NCBI GenBank assembly: GCA_964604995.1
Contig: CAZSAD010000003.1
Span: 62,001 to 82,125 of the forward strand
Reading direction: 5' to 3'
DNA: 20,125 nucleotides
Source: an uncultured Methanosarcinales archaeon
GTDB taxonomy: Archaea > Nanobdellota > Nanobdellia > Woesearchaeales > JABMPP01
Shown: one piece after another, positions 9,888 to 18,582 of the stretch
Position numbering within the stretch: position 1 is the stretch's first letter
Layout of the letters: each line of letters opens with the position of its first letter
The notes under the pieces: generated by a model
Database searches by the model: none
Told to the model about the DNA's origin: nothing
What the model saw: the letters and a program-made list of their open reading frames with translations, nothing else
Made by a program: the position numbers and the translations under genes

Positions 9888-9912
9888 GAGGATTTAGATT
9901 TGGTTGTTTGAA

Positions 9913-12900
9913 CTAAATTTTCAAACTAACAACATTACTAACACTATGTTCATCCATCGAAACACCATATAAATTATCTGCCTCGGATATAACACCATCA
10001 TTATGACTAATTACAATGTATTGTGCCCTATCCGAATATTTTCTAACTAGCTTTGCTAATTGCTCTGAATTTTTCTTGTCCAAAGCTGCATCAACTTCAT
10101 CTAAGATGTAAAAAGAAGCAGGATTATGCTCTTGGATTGCAAATATAAAAGCAAGAGCTGTCATCGTTTTTTCTCCACCTGATAAACTTTTAATGTCCAT
10201 AAATTTATTGCCAATTAATTTAACTTTGATTGTAAGCCCACCTTCAAATGGTTTTTCTTTATTTTCAAGATCTAATTCAACACTTCCTTTAGTCGAAAGT
10301 GCTGCAAATATCTCCTTGAAATTTTTAGTAACAACTTCAAGTGTTTTTAAGAAAAGCTCTGTTTTTTTAGTTTCAATTTCATTTATCATAACAAGAACAT
10401 CTTCTTTTTCCCTAATTAAAGTTTCACGTTTTTCAGTTAAAATATTATACTCTTTTTCAACAGTTTCGTATATTTCAAGTGCTCTTAAATTTACATTTCC
10501 AATATCTTGTACCATTTTTTCAAATTGTAATACTTCTTTTTTAAGTTCCTCTTCAGGTTTAACTAGAATTTCCACACCTTCATACTGCTTAAATTCCTCT
10601 TCTATTGCTGCAAATTCAGCTTTGACTCTTGCATTATCTATAGAAATCATATTCATTTTCTGTTCAAATTTTCGCATTTCTTCTTCTTTTGAAATAACAT
10701 TAATCTCAGTTTTTTGCATATCTTCGCTAAGTTTATTTCTCTTTTGGAATAATTCTTTGAATTGTTTGTAAAACAAACTCTCTTCTTTTTCTTTAAGTTT
10801 TAATATTTCTTCTTGTTGTTTTATTGAGCTAAGCATAGTTTTAGTATCTTCACCAAATTGCTCTTGTTCTTTATCTAGTTGTTTTAGTATTTTTTGAATA
10901 TTTCCAAGTTCAGGGGTTAGAATACTATTTATTTGGGTATCTGCATTTTTCAAATCATTTAGAAGATTTCCAATTTCAATTCTTAATTCTTCTTTTTTCT
11001 GCTCAAATGTATTTAATTCAGCTAGAAGAGAAGGATTTCTAAGTTCACCAATCTTATTTCTAAGTTCTTGTTTTTTTATTTTAAGTTGCGCAAATTCTTT
11101 ATTCATTAAAGATATTTTATTGATAACTTCACTTAATTTTTTTTCATAATCTCCAAGCTGAGTTTCGAGATCTTTCCTAACTTTTTTTGTAACTTCCAAA
11201 TCACCAGTTTCAAGATGTAAACTTTTTTCAGTTTTAATTACTTCACCTTCAAGAATTGCTTTTTCTTCCCTTAATTTGGTAATTTTTTCTTCAACTTCTT
11301 TTCTTCTATTTTCTAAAACACCAACAACGTTTTGTGTTTCAGCTATCTTTTTTTCCATATTTTCCAAATCTTCAGCAACTTCTTTTTCCTGAAATGCCAA
11401 ACCTTTCTTTTGAACCCTAAATCCGCCGTGCATAACACCAGTTGTTTCTGCCATATCCCCATCAACAGTAACCATCTTAGCAGTTCCAATTCCAATTCTT
11501 CTTGCAACATCAATATTATCAACAATTAATGTGCTTCCAAAAATATAAGAAAAAGCTTTTTTGTATTTTGTATCGAATGTAATTAAATCAATTGCAAATC
11601 CATGCGACCCATTTGCATCTTTTAGTTTTTTTGTTTCTAAGTCAACTTGTTTATCTTTTACTTTATTAAGCGGTAAAAATGTAGCAGATCCAAGTTTGTT
11701 TGATTTTAAAAATTTAATACATCTGGCAGCTGTTGCATCATCTTCAACGACAATACTTTTGAGGTGTGGTCCTGCTGCAACTTCAAGTGCCATTGAATAT
11801 TTGCTTTGCACTTTTCCAAGTTCAGAGATTGTACCATAAACTTCCCCCAATTTACTTTTATTTTCAATTATACTTTTAATGGCTTCTCCAGCTCCTAATC
11901 TTTCATTTATTCCTGCATTTTTTGCATTAAGCCTTGCAAAATCCTCTTCATATTTCATTAAATTGGTTCTTGCATTTCCAAGCTGTGATGCTAAACTTAC
12001 ATCTTCAGTAAGAAGTTTATTTAACTCCAAAGTTGCGTATTTGAATCTTTCTTTTTTATTTTTAAGTTCATCAATTTCTTTTTTATTCTCTTTTTCAACT
12101 TCCAAAACTTTGATTATCCTATCATCAATGCTTTTTAATTGAAATTCTAATCTATCTTTTTCCCTTAAAGAATTTTGTTGCTCTTCTCTTAATTTTTGAA
12201 TTTCTAATTGTTTTTCATCAGCTAATTTATCAATATCTTCAATTTCTTTTTCAATATTTCCTGCTGAATCAATTTTGTGATCTTTTCTAAAAGAGTCTAT
12301 TTTTGCAACAATATTCAAAAAATCTTTTTCCTTTTTTAGCCTTTCTTGTTCAATTCTTTTTTTGTCTTCTTGTAAAGCAGAAATTTTAGAAGATAGCTCT
12401 TCATTTGTTTTCTTTAGTTGTTCACGTCTAGAATCAATTTTGGTAAGTTCATTTTTTGCTGAATCTATCTTGGTTTTATTAGTTGCCAAATCAACTTTTA
12501 ACTGCTCAACTTCTTTGTGAATTTTAAGTTGTTCTTTTTCTCCTCGTTTTTCAACTTCATCATTTAAAGTTTGTATTTCTTTTCGAAGAACATCTATTTT
12601 AGTTTTAAGTTCATCAATTTGTTTTTGTACAGCATCAGCTTTTGTTTTATGACCCAAAATTTCTTTTTCAAATTTATCTTTTTCAACTGTTTTTTTATCT
12701 AAATGAGTTTTAAGTAAAGAAGCTTTATTTTGCTGTATTCTGCTTCCAAGTTCTTTGTATTTTAAAGCTTGATCCCTATCTTTTTTTAATTCTTTAAGAT
12801 ATGTCTCTCTTTCTTTTAATACAATTTCAGCTTCGCCAATTTTAGTTGCTACTTTTTCAAGTTCTCTTAAAGCCTTATCTTTTTTATCTTCATAAATAGA

Positions 12901-13404
12901 AATGCCTGCAATCTCCTCTACAATTTGCCTTCTTTCTTCAGGTGACATTTCAACAAATCTTACAATATCTCCTTGTAAAATTATGTTGTATCCATCAGGA
13001 TCAATGCTTGCCATAGAAAGCAAATCCAATATTTGCTGCCTTGTTCTTGCTTTATCATTAATTTTGTAAATGGATTGACCATTACCTCTAACTATTCTTG
13101 AGATTTTAATTTCATTATCATCTGTTGGAAAAGTCTTTTTTGAATTGTCAAAGAATATGCTAACTTCTCCTTCTTTAGCACCTTTCTTGGTTTTTCCGCC
13201 ATTATAGATGAGATTTGCTGATTTTTCAGCTCTTAAGCTCTTGGTAGAACCCTTTCCTAAAACAAAACACAAAGAATCCAAAACATTTGATTTTCCAGAA
13301 CCATTAGGGCCCAAAATAACATTAAATTTATCACCAAATAAAAGTTCAGTTTTATTAGCGAAGCTCTTAAAGCCACGCATTATCATTCTGTTTATTTTAG
13401 TCAT
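9913..13404 (-). CDS. smc: Chromosome segregation protein SMC
   Basis: GFKSF, Walker A GPNGSGKSN, Q-loop ILQGD, central hinge (ATFLPL, TVDGD...GG), LSGGE signature, ILDEVDAALD, ISH; 1163 aa. Confidence 0.97.
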   Translation of the reverse strand: MTKINRMIMRGFKSFANKTELLFGDKFNVILGPNGSGKSNVLDSLCFVLGKGSTKSLRAEKSANLIYNGGKTKKGAKEGEVSIFFDNSKKTFPTDDNEIKISRIVRGNGQSIYKINDKARTRQQILDLLSMASIDPDGYNIILQGDIVRFVEMSPEERRQIVEEIAGISIYEDKKDKALRELEKVATKIGEAEIVLKERETYLKELKKDRDQALKYKELGSRIQQNKASLLKTHLDKKTVEKDKFEKEILGHKTKADAVQKQIDELKTKIDVLRKEIQTLNDEVEKRGEKEQLKIHKEVEQLKVDLATNKTKIDSAKNELTKIDSRREQLKKTNEELSSKISALQEDKKRIEQERLKKEKDFLNIVAKIDSFRKDHKIDSAGNIEKEIEDIDKLADEKQLEIQKLREEQQNSLREKDRLEFQLKSIDDRIIKVLEVEKENKKEIDELKNKKERFKYATLELNKLLTEDVSLASQLGNARTNLMKYEEDFARLNAKNAGINERLGAGEAIKSIIENKSKLGEVYGTISELGKVQSKYSMALEVAAGPHLKSIVVEDDATAARCIKFLKSNKLGSATFLPLNKVKDKQVDLETKKLKDANGSHGFAIDLITFDTKYKKAFSYIFGSTLIVDNIDVARRIGIGTAKMVTVDGDMAETTGVMHGGFRVQKKGLAFQEKEVAEDLENMEKKIAETQNVVGVLENRRKEVEEKITKLREEKAILEGEVIKTEKSLHLETGDLEVTKKVRKDLETQLGDYEKKLSEVINKISLMNKEFAQLKIKKQELRNKIGELRNPSLLAELNTFEQKKEELRIEIGNLLNDLKNADTQINSILTPELGNIQKILKQLDKEQEQFGEDTKTMLSSIKQQEEILKLKEKEESLFYKQFKELFQKRNKLSEDMQKTEINVISKEEEMRKFEQKMNMISIDNARVKAEFAAIEEEFKQYEGVEILVKPEEELKKEVLQFEKMVQDIGNVNLRALEIYETVEKEYNILTEKRETLIREKEDVLVMINEIETKKTELFLKTLEVVTKNFKEIFAALSTKGSVELDLENKEKPFEGGLTIKVKLIGNKFMDIKSLSGGEKTMTALAFIFAIQEHNPASFYILDEVDAALDKKNSEQLAKLVRKYSDRAQYIVISHNDGVISEADNLYGVSMDEHSVSNVVSLKI

Positions 13405-13451
13405 AGTTACATTCCTTTTAATTTAAGTGATTGATTTATTACTTCAATTCA

Positions 13452-13889
13452 TTATTTTAATTTATTATTAAGTTTTAACAACAGTATTTTTTTTAATTTT
13501 TTTATTAAAACAGTTATACTCTGCTGATTTCTTGACAAATAATCAACGGGTATTTTAATCCCCCTATAAGCAATGTCATTTCGTGTTTTTCTTAATTGAT
13601 CAGCAAGAAACATTTCAGCTGTAGTAATTTCGTGTTTTTGTGTTTCAAGATATGATACTAATATTTCATGGCTTAGAGTTTTATATCCATCTATAGACAT
13701 TATTGCTGTAAGCAGTTCTTTTATTATTTCATAATAAGATTCCACAACAAGCGTTGCAAATTCTGTAGTCTTCTCCTTTGAAACAAGGTCTTTTTGACGA
13801 AGTTCAACTAAAGCTAAAAGAGAAGTAGCTTTTTCAAAGTCTGGTGTTATTTTTTCAATATCCGCTAATTTTTCATCCCAGTGTTTCAT
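13452..13889 (-). CDS. HEPN-like protein (partner of the upstream nucleotidyltransferase)
   Basis: All-helical 145 aa, YYEII and SHE motifs, RNDIAY at the R-x4-H position; 4 bp downstream of the MNT gene. Confidence 0.7.
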   Translation of the reverse strand: MKHWDEKLADIEKITPDFEKATSLLALVELRQKDLVSKEKTTEFATLVVESYYEIIKELLTAIMSIDGYKTLSHEILVSYLETQKHEITTAEMFLADQLRKTRNDIAYRGIKIPVDYLSRNQQSITVLIKKLKKILLLKLNNKLK

Positions 13890-13893
13890 TATT

Positions 13894-14424
13894 TTAAAAT
13901 ACCTTCAAAAACCCAGATAATACTTGTCCATTAACTAGATTATTTAATAATTCTTTGGAAAGTGTTTTTACTCTTGGCTCAAAAAACAGATTAATTTTTC
14001 GCTTTAATATTTTTTCATATTTTTCAAGTTCAATCTGTTCTTCTTTAGCTTCAACAAATAAATCAATATCACTATTTTCTGTGTCTTCACCCCGTGATGA
14101 AGAGCCAAATAAAATTATGCAATTTGGTTTTGTTTTTTCTTCGATTAAATCTATGATACCTGAAGTTTTTATTCTTAAAATAAGATTTTGTTGCTTTAGT
14201 ATCCGAAAATTACAACAATCCATATTTGCCCTAAATGAAGGATAAACTCCTTTTTTTTCTTTTAAAATATAATTTTCTTTAAGAAGAGCATTAAGATGGT
14301 TGATTACTGAAGGCTGCGCTATTTTAACTTTACGAGAAATTTCCCTTATTTGAAAATCCTTTTTTGGAGAATCAAAAAACTCCTGCAGAATAGTGTATCT
14401 GCTATAATTTTGTAGCATATGCAA
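13894..14424 (-). CDS. wHTH-fused minimal nucleotidyltransferase (MNT)
   Basis: N-terminal HTH (IREISRKVKIAQPSVINHL) and ILFGSSSRGEDTENSDIDL Pol-beta motif. Confidence 0.88.
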   Translation of the reverse strand: MHMLQNYSRYTILQEFFDSPKKDFQIREISRKVKIAQPSVINHLNALLKENYILKEKKGVYPSFRANMDCCNFRILKQQNLILRIKTSGIIDLIEEKTKPNCIILFGSSSRGEDTENSDIDLFVEAKEEQIELEKYEKILKRKINLFFEPRVKTLSKELLNNLVNGQVLSGFLKVF

Positions 14425-14478
14425 TAATTATATAACAAGTGATATATAAATGTATCGCATGAAACAAAAAAATAGCAC

Positions 14479-15132
14479 TTAAAATTCTCCAAGACTTTTT
14501 TGTCCACTTGCAATTTTGGCATCTTTCCAACTGGACCAACTTTTCCTAAATAATTTAGGATATTTTTTGTAGTTTTTCTTAAGGAATTCTTTAGTTTTTG
14601 GATCGGAGGGATATCCTGAACCAAAATCTTCACCAATTGTTAATTTCAATTTTTCAATTTCACTATCACGAGTAACTTTAGCTAGAATAGATGCTGCAGA
14701 AACTATTGGATAGTTTGCATCTGCTTTGTGTTCAGCTATTATTTTAACAGGACATTTTAATAATTTATAGATATAATCTGCATATTTTGAAGTATTTACA
14801 CTAGGACAATCAACATATGCAATATCTGGCTTTAGTTCATTAATTATTTCTGCACTTTTCTTAGCTTCGAGCCAATTCAAATTGTCTTCTTCTGATTCTA
14901 CTGCCAAATCAATTTCTTCTGGTTGAACTTTAATAATTTTAAAGGATTTTACAACTTTTTGCAATTCCAAAAAAAGTCTCTCTCTAGTAGGTGCAGTTAA
15001 CTCTTTTGAATCTTTAGCTCCCATTGCTTTTAGTTTCTTCTCTTCTTTTTCTTCAATCATTGCACCACAAATAACTAGTGGTCCAATAACTGGTCCACGT
15101 CCAGCTTCATCAATTCCAAGTATTAGTGTCAT
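14479..15132 (-). CDS. rnhB: Ribonuclease HII
   Basis: GIDEAGRGP, DSK, KAD, AASILAK and GSGYPSDP motifs. Confidence 0.97.
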   Translation of the reverse strand: MTLILGIDEAGRGPVIGPLVICGAMIEEKEEKKLKAMGAKDSKELTAPTRERLFLELQKVVKSFKIIKVQPEEIDLAVESEEDNLNWLEAKKSAEIINELKPDIAYVDCPSVNTSKYADYIYKLLKCPVKIIAEHKADANYPIVSAASILAKVTRDSEIEKLKLTIGEDFGSGYPSDPKTKEFLKKNYKKYPKLFRKSWSSWKDAKIASGQKSLGEF

Positions 15133-15226
15133 GTTATTTTTCTCCAGTATCCCTTATTTTTCCAAAATATTTCTTCAATAAAATAATTATTTGATTTTTT
15201 ACGCATTATGTTGATTATATAAAGGT

Positions 15227-16345
15227 TTATTTTGTTGTGGAAAGCTTCCAAAGCTGCTCAAAATGTTTTTTATAAACTGAAATCATCTCTTTATTATAAC
15301 TTAATGTTACTTTGTACTTTTTCTCAGTATAAAGAAATGTTACCATAACATTATCAGATATAGTAACGCATGCTGGTCCAGACATTGTTTTATCTAAAAA
15401 ATGAATGTTAAAATCTTTCCATTCTATCATTCTAACATCGAAATATTTTACTGAATCTTCATCGTTATATGCTATCAATCTTGTTGGAATTTTATTTTTT
15501 ACTCTCTCTTTGTGCCATTTGTCACTAAAATCTCTGCCATAAATTTGTGCAAGAGCCCATGAGAACCCAAATCCAACTAATTCCTTTGATTTTTTTGACA
15601 CTAATTCTATCCATGCACGTTTTATTCCATCTACTCCTGTATAAATTTTAATTTCCCGTTCCCAAACACTATCAAAAAAAGCTTGGTTATTTTCAGCTAT
15701 TTCTTTATTTTCCATCATTATTCCTATAGGAGTATGGTGCCATAAAATTATAGCCATGAAATTTCCTGAAGAAAAAGTAGTGGTTGAAGATTGCTCTTCT
15801 TCATTAAGTAAACTTAGTTCTGCAAACGGCACATCAACATCTTCATTAGTTAGTATTCTAGCTTTTAATTTTTCAGTTTCTCTTCGTTTATTCCATATTT
15901 CAAAAAAATCCCCCATTGTATTGATAAATCCTTTAATTGTTCCATGAATTAATATTTCATGTTTCTCTTTAAGAAATCTGTTTAATACTGTTCTAATACC
16001 TTTTTTTGAAGAATAAACTTCTACTTTAGGTAAATTGCTTTCTTTAAGTCTAAGATTTTCAAGCTCTGGTAAAATTGCTTTAATTCTCTCTTCTTTTTCT
16101 TTTAAGATGGATAAAAGATGATTTGGCTGAGCAGCAACAAAATATTTTTTGTTATCTTTAATCAAATAGCTTACCATTCCTGTACCAATTAATTTTTTAA
16201 GTCGATCATAAGTAAATGTACGGTTAGTATTTGTATGTTTTGCCAAAGAATTTGCTGTAGAATCTCCAAGCTTGAGAAGTGTAAGATAAAGAGTAATTTC
16301 AGCTTCAGTAAGTCCAAACCCCTTCAATGCAATTTCTGGATCCAT
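15227..16345 (-). CDS. TrmB family transcriptional regulator with two tandem effector-like domains
   Basis: GLTEAEITLYLTLL...RTFTYDRLKKL wHTH; two similar segments starting VEVYSSKKGI and IKIYTGVDGI and ending FFDSVW and HFEQLW. Confidence 0.85.
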   Translation of the reverse strand: MDPEIALKGFGLTEAEITLYLTLLKLGDSTANSLAKHTNTNRTFTYDRLKKLIGTGMVSYLIKDNKKYFVAAQPNHLLSILKEKEERIKAILPELENLRLKESNLPKVEVYSSKKGIRTVLNRFLKEKHEILIHGTIKGFINTMGDFFEIWNKRRETEKLKARILTNEDVDVPFAELSLLNEEEQSSTTTFSSGNFMAIILWHHTPIGIMMENKEIAENNQAFFDSVWEREIKIYTGVDGIKRAWIELVSKKSKELVGFGFSWALAQIYGRDFSDKWHKERVKNKIPTRLIAYNDEDSVKYFDVRMIEWKDFNIHFLDKTMSGPACVTISDNVMVTFLYTEKKYKVTLSYNKEMISVYKKHFEQLWKLSTTK

Positions 16346-16379
16346 GAATATGATAATGGATATACCCTATTTAATATTT

Positions 16380-16398
16380 TTGTCTTATTTTAAGACAA
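16380..16398. promoter_or_regulatory. Perfect inverted repeat, candidate operator between divergent genes
   Basis: TTGTCTTA-TTT-TAAGACAA between the TrmB-like and CysK-like start codons. Confidence 0.55.
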
Positions 16399-16480
16399 CA
16401 TAATTATTTATATTACCATTACTAAATAGTAGTTACAAATATAAAATACAAAATATAAAACATGTTGAGGGGGAGTACAA

Positions 16481-17539
16481 ATGTTAAAACAAGAAAGAGA
16501 AGAGGTTTACAAAAGTATAGAAGAAAAAATAGGAGATACACCATTAGTTAAGTATGAAGGTTTTGTTCCCAAAGAAAACACCATTTGGATTAAAAGAGAA
16601 TGTGATGCTCCATTCGAAAGCCATTATGATAGAGTTTATGCTGCCTTATTCAAATATTATGAAGAAATCGGAAAGATAACGCCAGGAGATAAAATATTAG
16701 AAACAACCTCTGGCGCTGCAGGAGTATCATTTGCAAGAATTGGTAAACTTTTAGGGTATGAATGTTTTGTTGCAATCCCTTCTAGTGGAGAAAAAGCAAG
16801 AGAGAATGCAATAAAAAAAGAATTGATAGATGATGACCATATAATTTATACTCCTTCAAAAGAATATATTAGTGGCTTTCCAAAATTTCTGAAAAGATTT
16901 CTTTGTGAACATAGAGATTATTTTTTTCTCAACCATTCTATGGGACCAAGAAGTAAGGAAATGCCAGAAGAATATACTGACAACAAAGTAACATTAGATG
17001 CAATGGCAAAAATAGCTAGTGAAGTTATGGAAAAAATAGAAGTGGATTATTTTTTGCCTGCTGTTGGAAATGGCTCAAGTGTATTTGGACCTGGAAAAGT
17101 TTTCAAGGAAAAGTCACTTGCAAAAATTGTTGCATTTGAAACAGTGCAGTCAGCAGCTATGTATGAATTGAAGTATCCTAAAAAGTATGAAGCAGATTTC
17201 AAAATAAAACCAGGAACTTTAGAAAGGCATCATCTCCCAGGTACTAGTTATCAAGGAATAGATTTCCCACATATAATTCATGCTATAAGAGAGGAAATAA
17301 TTGATGATGTTGTTTTAGTAAGTGATAAAGAGATGGATAAAGATTATTATGCAAAAACAGGAAAAGATTTTACAAAACAATTAATCCATTATGATGAAAA
17401 AATACCAGAATCCCAAGATCTTGGAAAAACTGGAATGGCAGGTTTAGCAATAGCTCTTGAAATGGCAAAAAAAGTTAGTAAGAAAAATTTCCTCATCATT
17501 GGATACGATAAAATTGATAGATATGATTGTAAAATTTAA
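16481..17539 (+). CDS. Cysteine synthase-like (fold type II PLP family) protein, canonical PLP lysine replaced by Tyr
   Basis: IGDTPLV, KRECDAPFESHYDR (canonical KxExxNPxGSxKDR), ETTSGAAG, AVGNGSS; GAGGGGGAG SD upstream. Confidence 0.8.
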   Translation: MLKQEREEVYKSIEEKIGDTPLVKYEGFVPKENTIWIKRECDAPFESHYDRVYAALFKYYEEIGKITPGDKILETTSGAAGVSFARIGKLLGYECFVAIPSSGEKARENAIKKELIDDDHIIYTPSKEYISGFPKFLKRFLCEHRDYFFLNHSMGPRSKEMPEEYTDNKVTLDAMAKIASEVMEKIEVDYFLPAVGNGSSVFGPGKVFKEKSLAKIVAFETVQSAAMYELKYPKKYEADFKIKPGTLERHHLPGTSYQGIDFPHIIHAIREEIIDDVVLVSDKEMDKDYYAKTGKDFTKQLIHYDEKIPESQDLGKTGMAGLAIALEMAKKVSKKNFLIIGYDKIDRYDCKI

Positions 17540-17563
17540 GACTACTAAAACTAGTTTTTTATT

Positions 17564-18144
17564 TTATTTATTATTAATTAATTTTATATTGATTATATAT
17601 TCATTGAGTTCATCAACAACTCTCCTAAGCAAAACATCACTTAGATAGACATGACATACCCCAAATTTTGAATTGTTGTAATGATCATTAATGATTTTGA
17701 ATTTTAATTTTTCCAAATTTAAATGTTTACCCCAATAATTTAAAGCGTTTGTACTATCAAAAGAATGAATGATATGGCATGAACCATGTGGTAAAATGTT
17801 TATATCTATCAACTTACTGTTATGTAATTGTTTCATCACTATTTTAATGAATTTAGGATTTGTATTTGTAAGTGTAAATCTTCTATAATTTGATTTTCCT
17901 TTTGAATAGACACCTTCTCCTTTAAAAAACCAAGCGACCAAATAAAAATTGGAGCTGCTTGAATGAATCTAGGGAATATTCTTGAGATTTTTCTTTTTAC
18001 AGGTCCTTTAATTTCATAATAAATATTTATTCTTTTATTATCTAAACTTTTACATTTTAATTTATATATTGAACTAGTTGTCCAAATAGGATAAGTAAGT
18101 TTATTCTTTATTAATCTTTTTAAATCAATTTTCATAATATTCAC
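17564..18144 (-). pseudogene. LAGLIDADG endonuclease-like gene split by a -1 frameshift (pseudogene, sequence error or programmed frameshift)
   Basis: Joining ORF 17839-18144 to ORF 17564-17941 at the T6 run gives about 193 aa containing WSLGFFKGEG...RFTLTNTNPKFIK, a LAGLIDADG-like helix and strand. Confidence 0.6.
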
Positions 18145-18224
18145 AACGTTAATATTAATTCAAATCTTAAATAGATCATGTATGTAATTGTCCAGTGTCC
18201 TCTCGAAAGAGTTTTTTCTTAATG

Positions 18225-18238
18225 AAAAAGCTTATAAA
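18225..18238 (+). promoter_or_regulatory. Archaeal BRE/TATA promoter of tRNA-iMet
   Basis: Purine tract AAAAAG followed by CTTATAAA, ending about 25 nt upstream of the tRNA 5' end. Confidence 0.6.
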
Positions 18239-18262
18239 GTGTGTAAAATTCACAAATAATGC

Positions 18263-18375
18263 AGCGGGGTAGGGCAGAAAGTGACTTGAAGCTTTGTCTT
18301 TATACACTTGCCTAACCAGGAGTGCCCGGCGGGCTCATAACCCGCAGGTCAGTGGTTCAAATCCACTCCCCGCTA
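18263..18375 (+). tRNA. Initiator tRNA-Met (CAT) with a D-loop intron
   Basis: AGCGGGG/CCCCGCT acceptor with A1:U72, GGGC/GCCC D stem, GCGGG-CTCATAA-CCCGC anticodon arm with three consecutive G:C pairs, AGTGG-TTCAAAT-CCACT T arm. The D loop is canonical only after removing 18278-18315. Confidence 0.95.
18278..18315 (+). other. 38-nt tRNA intron at non-canonical position 15/16
   Basis: Central helix GGGC(18272-75)/GCCT(18310-13), bulge AG|A, intron helix AAGTG/CACTT, 3' site AA|C: a relaxed bulge-helix-loop motif. Confidence 0.85.
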
Positions 18376-18417
18376 TATTTAATTTCTAAAAATACTTCGT
18401 AAATGTTTAACTAGTTC

Positions 18418-18497
18418 GTGAGACTGAGCAAAGCGAATGTCTCACTTAAGTGCACTATCAAATGATGCTTCATTTGGTGAGAATCCACTCCCCGCTA
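18418..18497 (+). repeat. tRNA-linked structured element, unit B, plus duplicate tRNA-iMet 3' end
   Basis: GTGAGAC-TGAGCAAAGCGAAT-GTCTCAC hairpin (18418-18445), GTGC, TATCAAATGA-TGCT-TCATTTGGTG hairpin (18456-18479), then AATCCACTCCCCGCTA (18482-18497), identical to 18360-18375. Confidence 0.85.
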
Positions 18498-18582
18498 CTT
18501 TTTTTAAAAGGATAGAACCCAAAATAAACAAAGCATTTTTTCAATATAGTATTTCTACAAAATTTTATGCTAATTTCAGTTT

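Noticed and set aside
18200..18217. CTCT-CGAA-AGAG hairpin plus T run as a terminator
   Set aside because: Only a 4-bp stem, lying between divergent genes with no plus-strand gene ending there.
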